A DNA stretch of 44,974 nucleotides from NCBI GenBank assembly GCA_018821745.1, contig JAHJLU010000383.1, forward strand, positions 1 through 44,974, given 5' to 3'. The notes beneath the pieces are model-generated. The model was not told the origin of the DNA, made no database searches, and saw only the letters and a list, made by a program, of their open reading frames with translations. Below, in pieces: positions 15,207-24,528 of this stretch. The DNA is from Myxococcota bacterium (lineage in GTDB: Bacteria; Myxococcota_A; Polyangia; HGW-17). Position 1 is the stretch's first letter. Every line of letters starts with the position of its first letter. A program made the translations under genes and the position numbers.

Positions 15207-15581
15207 TCATCTCACGGCAATGAACTCCAGCTCCACCAAAGCCCCCTTGGGGAGCGCCGACACCTCCACCGTGGAGCGGGCGGGACGGTGATCGCCAAAA
15301 AATTCCGCGTACAGCCCATTGACCGTGGCAAAATCTCCCAAATTACCGAGAAACACCGTGGTCTTGATCACGTCTTCCTTTTTGCACCCCGCCTCCTGCA
15401 GAATGGCCAGAGCGTTGTCGAGCACCTGCCGGGTCTGTCCGTGGACCGTGTCAGAAACAAGATCCCCCGAGAGGGGCGAAATCCCGATGATCCCGGATGA
15501 ATAAACGGTACCCCCCTGGGCAACGGCCTGAGAATAGGGACCGATAGCGGCAGGAGCCTTCGGTGTGTTGATAAATTCCAT
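15207..15581 (-). CDS. ridA: RidA/YjgF/TdcF family reactive enamine/imine deaminase
   Basis: 124 aa. Contains PKAPAAIGPYSQAV..., GQTRQVLDNALAILQEAG, VKTTVFL and PARSTVEVSALPKGALVELE, which are classic RidA blocks. AAAGGAAC lies upstream of the ATG. Confidence 0.92.
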   Translation of the reverse strand: MEFINTPKAPAAIGPYSQAVAQGGTVYSSGIIGISPLSGDLVSDTVHGQTRQVLDNALAILQEAGCKKEDVIKTTVFLGNLGDFATVNGLYAEFFGDHRPARSTVEVSALPKGALVELEFIAVR

Positions 15582-15674
15582 GCTTTTGTTCCTTTCTTCA
15601 CGGATTATTCGTAGAAAAATATTGGTAATAGTCGAAAAAAAAGTTTACAAAAGGGGCCAGGAAAGGTCCACTCC

Positions 15675-17390
15675 ATGTTGCAGTTGCAGGAATCTCCGGT
15701 CCAGAAATTCACTTCCATGGGTATGCGGGTCCTTTTTCTTGTTCCCATCCCCTGTCTTATCCTCTCTTCATGGCGACAGGGCAAGCCCTCCTGGGCGTTT
15801 TCTCTGGGGCTCATTCTGTTTTCTACCTTTGTGTGGGCCATCTGGGAGTTCCTTTTTTACTCCCTTCGGCAGAGACTGCTCAGGGCCAGGAGGGCCCTGG
15901 TGGGATGCAACCACATGATGAAGAAGCTTCAGACCTGTATTTTTCTGGTCCACGACAGCGAGGTTTTTCACCTGGGGGGCGCCATGTGGGAGGAGTGTCC
16001 CGAACACCTCCCGAAACAAATATCCGGTGTGTCCACCCTGCTGTCAGCCTATCCCTTCCTGAAACACAGCCTGCAGTGCGCTTTGTCCGGCCAGCCAATG
16101 GATGAGACAGTCATCTTCGGGGATCACTTCTTCGAGGTGGTGTGCCACCCAATGTCTTCCGGAGGAAGCAGCCGGCCGTGTATCCTGTGCATGATCAGGA
16201 ACATTACCTTCCTGAAAAAAAGTCAGGATGAGCGATCCTATTTTGCGAAACGGCTGGAGCAGGCGGGACGCATGGAGGCGCTGGGAACCCTCGCCGGTGG
16301 GTTTGCCCATGACTTCAACAACATCATCTTCAGCGCCATCGGGTTTACCGAAATGGCCATGGAGCAAACCTCCACAGACACCAAACTCCACACATGCCTG
16401 ACCCAGATCTCCCTCTCCTGTTCCCGGGCAAAAGAGCTGGTGGAGCAGATCTCGCTTTTCTCCGGCAGATCCATGGGAGAGAAGCAGCGTCTGCGACTCC
16501 ATCCACTCATTAAAAGCCTCGCAAAACGGATTGTGCGGGATCACAGTGTTCGAGTGAAGCTCCGTTTCTATCTGGATGAGGAGACACCCCCCGTCTTCAT
16601 GGATCCCACTGCCATGCACCTGGTCCTTTTTCACGTGATTGACAACGCAGTGAGGTCCATGGACGAAGAGGGCGGGGCCCTCACCTGCACGCTCTCCCTC
16701 GTGGGCGGCAGTCACGGTGACACACAGGACCGGGTTAAAATCACCATTAAAGATACGGGGTGCGGGATGAATGAGGAGACCCGGAAACGTATCTTCGATC
16801 CCTACTTCACCACCAGGCCCCCCGGTGAAGGCATGGGACTGGGGCTCGCCACGGCCTATGGAATTCTGTCCCAAAATGGCGGCTGGACCGAGGTAGAGAG
16901 CGTACCCCGGGAGGGAACAACCTTCACTTTCTACCTGCCGCCCTGCAGCACTGAACATTGTGAAACTGAGGAACCGCTCTCAACCGATAATCCCCGGGGA
17001 ACTGAGCACATCCTGGTGGTTGATGATGAGCCGCAGATCGAGACTCTGCTCCGCATCACCCTTGAATCACTGGGCTACCGGGTCACCTCAACCACCAAAC
17101 CCCAGCAGGCGCTGGCAGATCTCACCCAATCACTCCAGAGCTTTGATCTGCTGGTAACAGACCGCGTCATGCCGGGAATAACAGGAGAAGAGCTCACCGC
17201 CTTGGTGAATAAGATGGCCCCGGATTTTCCGGTACTCATGCTCACGGGTCAGGGCTTTGTCGCACCCCCAACCGGGGGGAATTCTCCCCATTTCGATCTA
17301 CTGTACAAGCCAACCAGAAAAAAAGAGCTCGCCCATAAGGTACGGGCGCTCCTCGATAAAGGAACCCATGGCACGGATACTCCTCATTGA
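15675..17390 (+). CDS. Hybrid sensor histidine kinase (TM N-terminus, PAS-like sensor, HisKA, HATPase, C-terminal receiver)
   Basis: H-box GGFAHDFNNIIFSAIG. ATPase boxes HVIDNAVRSM, KDTGCGMNEE and GEGMGLGLATAYG. Receiver ILVVDDEPQ...DLLVTDRVMPGITG...LYKP. Confidence 0.88.
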   Translation: MLQLQESPVQKFTSMGMRVLFLVPIPCLILSSWRQGKPSWAFSLGLILFSTFVWAIWEFLFYSLRQRLLRARRALVGCNHMMKKLQTCIFLVHDSEVFHLGGAMWEECPEHLPKQISGVSTLLSAYPFLKHSLQCALSGQPMDETVIFGDHFFEVVCHPMSSGGSSRPCILCMIRNITFLKKSQDERSYFAKRLEQAGRMEALGTLAGGFAHDFNNIIFSAIGFTEMAMEQTSTDTKLHTCLTQISLSCSRAKELVEQISLFSGRSMGEKQRLRLHPLIKSLAKRIVRDHSVRVKLRFYLDEETPPVFMDPTAMHLVLFHVIDNAVRSMDEEGGALTCTLSLVGGSHGDTQDRVKITIKDTGCGMNEETRKRIFDPYFTTRPPGEGMGLGLATAYGILSQNGGWTEVESVPREGTTFTFYLPPCSTEHCETEEPLSTDNPRGTEHILVVDDEPQIETLLRITLESLGYRVTSTTKPQQALADLTQSLQSFDLLVTDRVMPGITGEELTALVNKMAPDFPVLMLTGQGFVAPPTGGNSPHFDLLYKPTRKKELAHKVRALLDKGTHGTDTPH

Positions 17391-17751
17391 CGATGATTTT
17401 CAGATACGGCTCATGCTCCGGATGACCTTCGAAGAGGCAGGGTATACCGTTGAGGTGGCCGAAAACGGAAAAGAGGGGATAGCAAAATGTGCAGCCTTTG
17501 ATCCCCAGGTTATCATCACCGATATAATCATGCCCGAGATGGACGGTACAGAGACAATAATGAAGCTCTCAAAGAGTCACCCAAACACAAAGATCATTGC
17601 CATTTCCGGTGGTGGCAGAAACTCCCCGGAGGGGTATCTCTTTGTGGCAAAACAGCTCGGAGCTGATATGACCTTCTTTAAGCCCATTGACCGCAGTAAA
17701 TTGCTCGAAGCGGTGGCCCAATTGATTCCCGGGGAGATCAGTCAATCGTAG
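17368..17751 (+). CDS. Stand-alone CheY-like response-regulator receiver
   Basis: MARILLIDDD...VIITDIIMPEMDGTE...IIAISGG...FKPI. ATG 17368 overlaps the kinase 3' end by 23 nt. The longer track ORF N-terminus is out-of-frame read-through of the kinase. Confidence 0.88.
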   Translation: MARILLIDDDFQIRLMLRMTFEEAGYTVEVAENGKEGIAKCAAFDPQVIITDIIMPEMDGTETIMKLSKSHPNTKIIAISGGGRNSPEGYLFVAKQLGADMTFFKPIDRSKLLEAVAQLIPGEISQS

Positions 17752-17771
17752 TCGGTGTTTCGGTTTCATTA

Positions 17772-20681
17772 TCATTTTGCATGTGTATCTTCCCATTTCA
17801 GGCCCTGAACATCAATACCGAAGCGCTTTATTTTATTATAGATAGTACCCCTGGAAACCCCAAGGTCCCTGGCAGTCCTGGTGGCGGAGTATCCGTTCCT
17901 CCGAAGACTCCCCAGCAGCCAGGTGCGCTCCATTTCATCCAGCGATGTTCCCTCGGGGGGCAGGTTAAACCCTTGCGGAGTGGCCAAAGGTTTTGACACA
18001 GGCTGCTCAATGAGCACGGCGGGAATGGAGTCAATCAACTTAACTCCCTGGGGAACCACATTGACCTCGGCCTCGACGATATGTTCCAGTTCCCGGATAT
18101 TTCCCGGCCACTGATAGGTCATCATCCGTTCAAGAACCTTCGGGCCAAAGCGCTCCACTTTCTTTCCCATTTTTCCCGCGAAGCGCTCCAGAAAAACCTG
18201 GGCAAGCCGGGGAATATCGGCCGCACGATCTCGCAGCGGAGGGATATGAAGGTGCATCACTCTGAGGCGGTATAACAGATCGGAGCGAAACTGATTGATC
18301 TCCACCAGCCGCTCCAGGGGGCGATTTGTCGTGGAGATAATGCGCACATCAAACAGGTACTCCAGGGTCCCTCCGATGCGCCGATACTGGCGTTCCTGAA
18401 GAACCCTGAGGAGTTTTGCCTGCATCTCCAGGGGCATATCGCCTATTTCATCAAGCAACAGAGTACCCCCTTCTGCCAGTTCAAATTTTCCCGGTTTCCC
18501 ACCCCTCACCGCCCCGGTAAAGGAGCCCTCTTCATACCCGAACAGTTCACTCTCCAGCAGTTCGCCCGGGATGGCAGCACAGTTGATGGCGATAAATGGC
18601 CCTTCACTCCGGTTCCCCGCGTTGTGGACCGCCTGGGCAAAAACTTCCTTTCCCGTCCCGCTCTCGCCGGTGATAAGAATATCTGACTCCGCCTGGGCAG
18701 CAATCCGTGCCAACTTCACCTGAGCCATGAAGGCAGGATCGTTCCCTGTGAGATGCTCGAAGGTGTAGCGGGGAGCAGGGACGGCAATGGAGTGAACCGC
18801 CTTCTTCACCTTGCGCAACTCGGTCATGGTGATGACCTCCCCTGCGGTCTCCCCGAGGTGATCCGTGAGAGGCCGCGAGATGGTCAGCACCTCTCCACGG
18901 GGAAAGCGCAGGAGCGTCTCCGTACGCAACCGTTTCAAGTCACTGGGCAGGTTAATGGGGAGTGTATCGAAGGGGACCCCCAGAATCTTATTTTTCGGCA
19001 TGTCAAAGAGCGCGATTGCGGCGCGGTTGATGGACATCACCTGCCGATGACGGTTCAGGGTGATCACGCCATCTGAGATAGCATCCAGAGTGGCCTCCAT
19101 ATTAATCGCCGTCACTCGGGAAATGCGCTGCATGCGATAATTGTCCAGGAGGGTCCCGACCTGCAGAATCAGGGACTCTATCATGGTGATATCCATGGGG
19201 GAGAGCTTGCTGCCCGACTTGCGCTTGTCACAGTAAATGACGCCGTAACAGGCATTCCCTGCACGCACGGGGAGGGCCGTCACGTGGGGATCAGACGAAG
19301 ATGAGACCTGAACTGCCTTGCGGGTCTTGAAGGGGAAAAAGTCGGGGACAACTGCTTCATCCGAATTCAACACCATCAGCGCTATCCGGTGCCAGGTATC
19401 GAGGGGAGTGCCTCTGATGATGGAGCCCCGAATTTGCGATTCCGGCGCATTGGGCAAGAAGGCCACTCCATCGGACTCCACAACCTCCATGATAATACCC
19501 AGCGTTGTCCCCATAAGAAGATCCTCTTCCAGGATGGAACTGAGCTTACGCCCGTATTCCACAAGGCGCTCCAGTTTTTTCCGCTCAACCCCCATCTGAT
19601 TGGCGGACTCCACCAGCTCCCGTCGTTTTTTCTCCAGATCCATGAGTGTGTGGTGTGTGGTCAGAAAGTTACCGATGACATGCTCCACCGACTGTTCCAC
19701 ATCCACCCAGTGATTCTCTGGGGCTCCCAGGTGGATCTCCATCAGTTTTTTCAAATCCTCATCCAGATTTTTCGCAAGACGCCCCAGAAAGTAGGATAAT
19801 CGACTGGAGTGTTCGTTGATCTCCCGGTTTCCCAGTTGATCGGACTCTCTGCGTCCGAATTTTTTGAACCCCTGATTGGTCCGCTCCAGGTCCCGAACCG
19901 TCCCACATTGGTGATAGAGCGTGAGGGCCCGGGCAAAATACCAGGCCGGAGGCCGAGACTGATCTCTAACAAGACTGCTTCCCACGCGCCCCAGCTCCCG
20001 CCCGACAAAATTTCCAGCGGCCAGATAGAGGGCAGCCTCATAAAACTGGTTCCCCTCTATGTTGCAATTCTCAATGGCAATATTGAAGTACTTGAGGGCG
20101 TTCTCTCCATCGCCGTTTTCCGCCATGGCCAGCGCCAAGGCATGGTACGCCTCGACTCCCAGCAGCGCATTATGCTCGGCGGATATTTCCTTGAGCGCTC
20201 TGTGGGCGGCCTCCAGAGCGGCCTCGGCATACCCCGACTGCTGACTGATCCTGCTCCGGAGTATAAAGCACTCTATTTCCAACTCCTTGTTGTACCAGGT
20301 CCCCAGAAGGGACTGTGCCCACACAAGAAGAGAGTCGGCCTCATCGAGCGAGTTGGTCGCAAGCTTCAGTCTCGTTTCAATCAGAGAAAAGGCGATGCTC
20401 TGATCCTTGTCGAAAACACGGTCAGCCAGCTCACGCCCCTCCATGATAAATCTCTCGCTCTCGGCGAATTTGGAGAGCTCCAGGGTGCAGCGCGCCAGCA
20501 TGAGCAGGATTTTACCCCGATCACCCCCATCCCGGCGCACAAGAAGATCCGCATAGTAGAGCAGGGCCAGGGAATGATGATAAAAACCCTTCTCCATATA
20601 CCGCTGGCACACACCGAGGAGTTCGGTTGTATCCCGGGGCAGTATGATGCCAGGTTCCTTATGGGAATTTTTTTTGTTCAT
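17772..20681 (-). CDS. Sigma54-dependent transcriptional activator (bEBP) with TPR, GAF and PAS input domains and no receiver
   Basis: AAA+ core: Walker A GESGTGKEVFA, GAFTGA-type loop ELFGYEEGSFTGA, Walker B TLLLDEIGDM. C-terminal Fis-type HTH TARDLGVSRGTIYNKIKRFGI. The N-terminal ~380 aa are TPR-like helical repeats. Confidence 0.92.
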   Translation of the reverse strand: MNKKNSHKEPGIILPRDTTELLGVCQRYMEKGFYHHSLALLYYADLLVRRDGGDRGKILLMLARCTLELSKFAESERFIMEGRELADRVFDKDQSIAFSLIETRLKLATNSLDEADSLLVWAQSLLGTWYNKELEIECFILRSRISQQSGYAEAALEAAHRALKEISAEHNALLGVEAYHALALAMAENGDGENALKYFNIAIENCNIEGNQFYEAALYLAAGNFVGRELGRVGSSLVRDQSRPPAWYFARALTLYHQCGTVRDLERTNQGFKKFGRRESDQLGNREINEHSSRLSYFLGRLAKNLDEDLKKLMEIHLGAPENHWVDVEQSVEHVIGNFLTTHHTLMDLEKKRRELVESANQMGVERKKLERLVEYGRKLSSILEEDLLMGTTLGIIMEVVESDGVAFLPNAPESQIRGSIIRGTPLDTWHRIALMVLNSDEAVVPDFFPFKTRKAVQVSSSSDPHVTALPVRAGNACYGVIYCDKRKSGSKLSPMDITMIESLILQVGTLLDNYRMQRISRVTAINMEATLDAISDGVITLNRHRQVMSINRAAIALFDMPKNKILGVPFDTLPINLPSDLKRLRTETLLRFPRGEVLTISRPLTDHLGETAGEVITMTELRKVKKAVHSIAVPAPRYTFEHLTGNDPAFMAQVKLARIAAQAESDILITGESGTGKEVFAQAVHNAGNRSEGPFIAINCAAIPGELLESELFGYEEGSFTGAVRGGKPGKFELAEGGTLLLDEIGDMPLEMQAKLLRVLQERQYRRIGGTLEYLFDVRIISTTNRPLERLVEINQFRSDLLYRLRVMHLHIPPLRDRAADIPRLAQVFLERFAGKMGKKVERFGPKVLERMMTYQWPGNIRELEHIVEAEVNVVPQGVKLIDSIPAVLIEQPVSKPLATPQGFNLPPEGTSLDEMERTWLLGSLRRNGYSATRTARDLGVSRGTIYNKIKRFGIDVQGLKWEDTHAK

Positions 20682-20712
20682 TTTTTATCCCATCTTGTAC
20701 AAAATCTGAACA

Positions 20713-20741
20713 ATTATCCCATAATTCCCCTTTCATTTCAA
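20713..20741 (-). promoter_or_regulatory. Sigma70-like promoter candidate for the bEBP gene
   Basis: The minus strand reads TTGAAA (20741..20736), a 17-nt spacer, then GATAAT (20718..20713), in the AT-rich 100-nt gap. Confidence 0.35.
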
Positions 20742-20781
20742 TCCCTTTTTTGCCATCTAAAAAACCACTAAAATTCCTCAA

Positions 20782-22413
20782 TCAGGAAACCGGCTTATTG
20801 AGAACCTTTCGGATATGCAATGACAGCTCATTGATATCATATGGTTTCTGGATATAATCAAGGCAACCTTCCGTCATGAGTTCCTGAGCTGCCCCCTCGT
20901 AGGTGTACCCTGAGGTGAGAAGCACACGCATGGAGGGGACAATCTGACGAACACTCCGGAAGGTCTCCGTACCGTCCATATCGGGCATGATCATATCCAT
21001 AACAATCAAATCAATCGCTTCACCCATCTCCCTGACCCGGTTGACCGCCTCACGTCCACTCTCGGCGAGGATGACCTGGTATCCCAACTTGGCGAGCATA
21101 CTTCCGGCCGTTTTCAGAATAATTTCTTCATCGTCCACCAACAGCACGGTCTCGCTGCCCCGAAGAATTTCACCGGTCGCGGGGGTCATTTCCCGGGCCA
21201 CATCATGGGCCACGGGGAAATAGAGGAAGAAACTGGACCCCCTGTCAAGCTCCGAGGTAACATTCACAAAGCCCCCGTGGTTCTTCACTACACCATACAC
21301 AGAGGCCAGGCCGATCCCCGATGAACGGGAGCTGTCCTCCGCGAACTGCGGCTCAAAAATATGCTCCAGGATCTCCTTTTTGATACCATGTCCCGAATCC
21401 TTCACCACCACTTCCACATAATACCCTGCGGTCGCAAGATAGATGGACGCCTGCCGCTCATTGATCTCCATATTTCCGGTACTTATCTCGATGGTCCCCC
21501 CCTTCTCCATGGCCTGGGAGGCATTCACCAGCAGGTTCATGAGCGCCTGCTCTATCTGACTCTTCATCCCTTCAATGGGCAGAAGATTTTTGCCCGGGAA
21601 GGTCTTGACCTGAATCTCCTTGTGGGCTCTGGAGAACAGTCTCACGGTCTCGTCAATGAGCTCATCCAGTTGAATGGAGACCTGCTCATGGGCACCACCA
21701 CGGGCAAACCGCAAAAGCTGCCTGGTCAGTTTAGACCCGCTGACAATATACTGTTTAATACTCTCCAGGCGCATATAGTCCGGGTCGTCGCGCTCTTTCT
21801 CGTGCAGCAGGATCGACACATTCCCCATCATGGCCATTAAAAGGTTGTTGAAATCGTGTGCTATTCCTCCCGCGAGAGCTCCCGTCGCCTCCATCCGCTG
21901 CAAATACTGGAGCTGTCTGTCACGCTCACCGTCACTGACATGCTCCTCAACCCGCTTCCTGATACATCCGATGATGCTGGCCAAAAGCGTAAACACGGGC
22001 AGCGTTTCTTCAGCATCCATGGTGGTGCCGGGAAATGCAAAACAGAGCACACCCCTGATCTCCTCATGGCAGGGGACAGGAACAGCCACATTTCTGTGGG
22101 ATTTTTCCTCGGGAGCCTCAATGATCACCGGCTCGCCCAGGAGCGCCTTGGCCAACTCCGGTGGAAGATCTCCGAAAATTTTATTTGGGGAAGTCCCCGG
22201 GGAATCCCACCGCGCAACCGGACGCAGCAGGTTGTCGTCATTGAGGAGAAACACGGAGATTGCCGTGGCCCCCGTATGGGGAGCTACCATCTCCAGGTAG
22301 CCGTTGTACGAGAAGTCTCCCCGGGAGTCGTAGTGCTCATTGGCGCGTCCCAGAACATCAAGCAGTGATAACATACCGGAAGATAAAGGAAAACCTGTTT
22401 TTAATCCACTCAT
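20782..22413 (-). CDS. Hybrid sensor histidine kinase (GAF-like N-terminus, HisKA, HATPase, receiver)
   Basis: H-box GGIAHDFNNLLMAMMGN. ATPase boxes LLVNASQAM, KDSGHGIKKE and SGIGLASVYG. Receiver VLLVDDEEI...DLIVMDMIMPDMDGTE...LQKP. AAGGA lies upstream of the ATG. Confidence 0.9.
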   Translation of the reverse strand: MSGLKTGFPLSSGMLSLLDVLGRANEHYDSRGDFSYNGYLEMVAPHTGATAISVFLLNDDNLLRPVARWDSPGTSPNKIFGDLPPELAKALLGEPVIIEAPEEKSHRNVAVPVPCHEEIRGVLCFAFPGTTMDAEETLPVFTLLASIIGCIRKRVEEHVSDGERDRQLQYLQRMEATGALAGGIAHDFNNLLMAMMGNVSILLHEKERDDPDYMRLESIKQYIVSGSKLTRQLLRFARGGAHEQVSIQLDELIDETVRLFSRAHKEIQVKTFPGKNLLPIEGMKSQIEQALMNLLVNASQAMEKGGTIEISTGNMEINERQASIYLATAGYYVEVVVKDSGHGIKKEILEHIFEPQFAEDSSRSSGIGLASVYGVVKNHGGFVNVTSELDRGSSFFLYFPVAHDVAREMTPATGEILRGSETVLLVDDEEIILKTAGSMLAKLGYQVILAESGREAVNRVREMGEAIDLIVMDMIMPDMDGTETFRSVRQIVPSMRVLLTSGYTYEGAAQELMTEGCLDYIQKPYDINELSLHIRKVLNKPVS

Positions 22414-22662
22414 GATAACCGCAATCCTTCACAGCAGGACAGACAGGCGACGTATGCCCCATGGAAACCACCATTACAATCACTGAAGTTTACAGGAGAC
22501 CCTAAAAAAAGAGAAGCACAAATTAACGCCATGGCGCCAGAATTCCTTGAGAAAGATTGGAGTTCGCGCCATCGCGCCGATTGAACACAAAACGCATCTT
22601 TGTGACCTTTTGCTTGTCTTTTTATGGAAGGTCGGTAAATTTCTCCTCTGCTAGGAGGAAAC

Positions 22663-23328
22663 ATGAACAGAACATCATTTTCAATAATTGTCACGCTGAT
22701 GGCCACCCTGGTCCTTTCCGGGTGCCAGAAAAAATCAGACAAATCCAAGGAATCCAAACAGGATAAAACCACCAGGGGGCTTATAAACACGGGTGAGGCG
22801 GCCGTGGACAAGGCCATAAAATCACAAAAGCCCGTAGTGATAATCAACACTTCTCTGGGCACAATAGAGGTGGAGCTTGACGCGGTCAAGGCACCCGTCA
22901 CCAGCCGCAATTTTCTTCGATATGTGGTCCGCGGCCATTACACCAACACGATCTTTCACCGGGTCATGTCAAATTTCATGATCCAGGGTGGTGGCTTCAC
23001 TACGGAGAAAATCGAAAAGGGAGACCTGCTCGAGCCCATCAAGAACGAAGCAGGGAACGGGCTCTCCAATGTTCGGGGAACCATCGCCATGGCGAGGACA
23101 CCCAACCCCAACAGCGCCAAAGCCCAGTTCTTCATTAACGTCAAAAATAACGACAAGCTCGACAGAGCCAACTCCCGGGACGGTTTCGGATATGCCGTTT
23201 TCGGAAAGGTAATCAACGGCATGGACGTTGTCGACAAGATCCGATACGTCCGTGTCTCCAACCAGGGAGGCCCCTTCGCCAATCTCCCTGATACCATGGT
23301 GGTCATCAAGGGCATGAAGATTAAGTAG
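22663..23328 (+). CDS. ppiA: Cyclophilin-type peptidyl-prolyl cis-trans isomerase, lipoprotein
   Basis: Strong SD (AGGAGGAAAC-ATG). Lipobox LVLSGC. Cyclophilin blocks FHRVMSNFMIQGGGF, GTIAMARTPNPNSAKAQFFINV and GYAVFGKVINGMDVVDKI. Confidence 0.92.
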   Translation: MNRTSFSIIVTLMATLVLSGCQKKSDKSKESKQDKTTRGLINTGEAAVDKAIKSQKPVVIINTSLGTIEVELDAVKAPVTSRNFLRYVVRGHYTNTIFHRVMSNFMIQGGGFTTEKIEKGDLLEPIKNEAGNGLSNVRGTIAMARTPNPNSAKAQFFINVKNNDKLDRANSRDGFGYAVFGKVINGMDVVDKIRYVRVSNQGGPFANLPDTMVVIKGMKIK

Positions 23329-23357
23329 ATGCCCTTTAGCCCCAAAAAAGGTTTTGA

Positions 23358-24254
23358 ATGGATGATTCGAGAGCGCCTCTCCAGCCGGGCGAGCAGATTT
23401 TTCAACGTAAACACCCCGAAGGCCTGGAAAAAGGTCAGCAGGATTCTCTGTGGCTGGAGATAGCACAGACCTCCATTCTCATTGAAACCTTCTTCGGACC
23501 GGCGCCAACTCCCTTCATCAGCGGGCGCATGGCTCCCTTCTCCATCAAACCCCGAAACCCTGAAATCATTCTGAGTATCACCTTCGATGACTCTCTTGTC
23601 CCCTTCACGGCCTCCTCGGAAATCGTCGCCGAGCGTAGTGGCGGGGACCTCCTCTTTTGTGCCCCCCAGTACCGGTTGCAACTGAGCCTGAGTCCGGGAG
23701 CAGTTACCCGGGGAACCGTCGTTTGCAGGGGCAGCTTTGAACAGATCCTGGGAGCCCTGAGGCTGGCCCTCGCGCACCACCTGGTCTTCACGGGCAGGGG
23801 ATTTTTGCTCCACGCTTCGTGTGTTCTTGTGGGGGACACGGCCCACCTCTTTCCCGGTCCCTCGGGGACCGGGAAAAGCACTGCCATATCCAGGGCTCCG
23901 GGCACCATCCTCGCCGACGAAATTACCGCGCTCACGGTTTCCCCCGGAGGGATTCTGCGGGCGAGCGGGACTCCCTTCGGCAATCGCCTGCAGCCTTCAT
24001 CGCTCCATTGCCCGCAACTTATCATCCACAAAATTGTCCATGCACAGGAAAACCGAGCCCTTCCCACCACGGCGGGAAGAATTGTTTCGATTTTACTGGA
24101 GTCTCTGGTGTTTTCTCCCACAGATGACGCCGAAGGCCAGATTATACTGGATTTGCTGATGAAAATCATCGATGGCTGCTCCTACGACATACTCCACCTG
24201 CGTGCCGATGGCAGCTTCTGGAGACCATACCTCCCCACGGGTGAAACAAAATGA
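23358..24254 (+). CDS. HPr-kinase-like P-loop protein (putative peptide kinase or accessory protein of a RiPP-type cassette)
   Basis: The C-terminal half GFLLHASCVLVGDTAHLFPGPSGTGKSTAISRAPGTILADEITAL matches the HprK C-terminal-domain layout (G-x-G-hydrophobic-G-x-SG-x-GKS...ADD/E). The stop overlaps the PqqD start (ATGA). Confidence 0.6.
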   Translation: MDDSRAPLQPGEQIFQRKHPEGLEKGQQDSLWLEIAQTSILIETFFGPAPTPFISGRMAPFSIKPRNPEIILSITFDDSLVPFTASSEIVAERSGGDLLFCAPQYRLQLSLSPGAVTRGTVVCRGSFEQILGALRLALAHHLVFTGRGFLLHASCVLVGDTAHLFPGPSGTGKSTAISRAPGTILADEITALTVSPGGILRASGTPFGNRLQPSSLHCPQLIIHKIVHAQENRALPTTAGRIVSILLESLVFSPTDDAEGQIILDLLMKIIDGCSYDILHLRADGSFWRPYLPTGETK

Positions 24255-24526
24255 CGACCTATCGCATACCCAAAGGCATCGCCAGCAGGAAGCTCAGTGA
24301 GGAATTTTTCCTCCTCTCTCCCAAAACCTCCACCATGCACACGCTGAACCCCATGGGCTCAGCCATGCTGACCCTCCTCTCCAATGGAAAATCTCCACGG
24401 GAGATCGGCGAGATCCTCAGTCAGGAATTCGACGCCAGGGCCGAGACAATAGAAAAAGATGCCAATGACCTGGTCACACTGCTGCTGGATCAGGGACTCC
24501 TTGAAGTCACCGGGGAAAAGGAGTAG
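24251..24526 (+). CDS. PqqD-family peptide-binding chaperone (RiPP recognition element)
   Basis: 91 aa with the typical PqqD pattern: IASRKLSEEFFLLSPKTSTMHTLNPMGSAMLTLLSNGKSPREIGEILSQEFD...AETIEKDANDLVTLLLDQGLL. Confidence 0.8.
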   Translation: MTTYRIPKGIASRKLSEEFFLLSPKTSTMHTLNPMGSAMLTLLSNGKSPREIGEILSQEFDARAETIEKDANDLVTLLLDQGLLEVTGEKE

Positions 24527-24528
24527 CT

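Noticed and set aside
16044-16958. 304-aa minus-strand ORF
   Set aside because: It is antisense to the hybrid kinase, whose H, N and G boxes are unambiguous.
19809-20771. 320-aa plus-strand ORF
   Set aside because: It is antisense to the sigma54 activator N-terminal region and runs through the AT-rich promoter gap.
22410-22910. 166-aa minus-strand ORF across the 22414..22662 intergenic region
   Set aside because: It overlaps the cyclophilin gene on the opposite strand and has no SD or motifs. The region is better explained as a divergent promoter region.
22956-23846. 296-aa minus-strand ORF
   Set aside because: It is antisense to the cyclophilin and HprK-like genes, with shadow composition.
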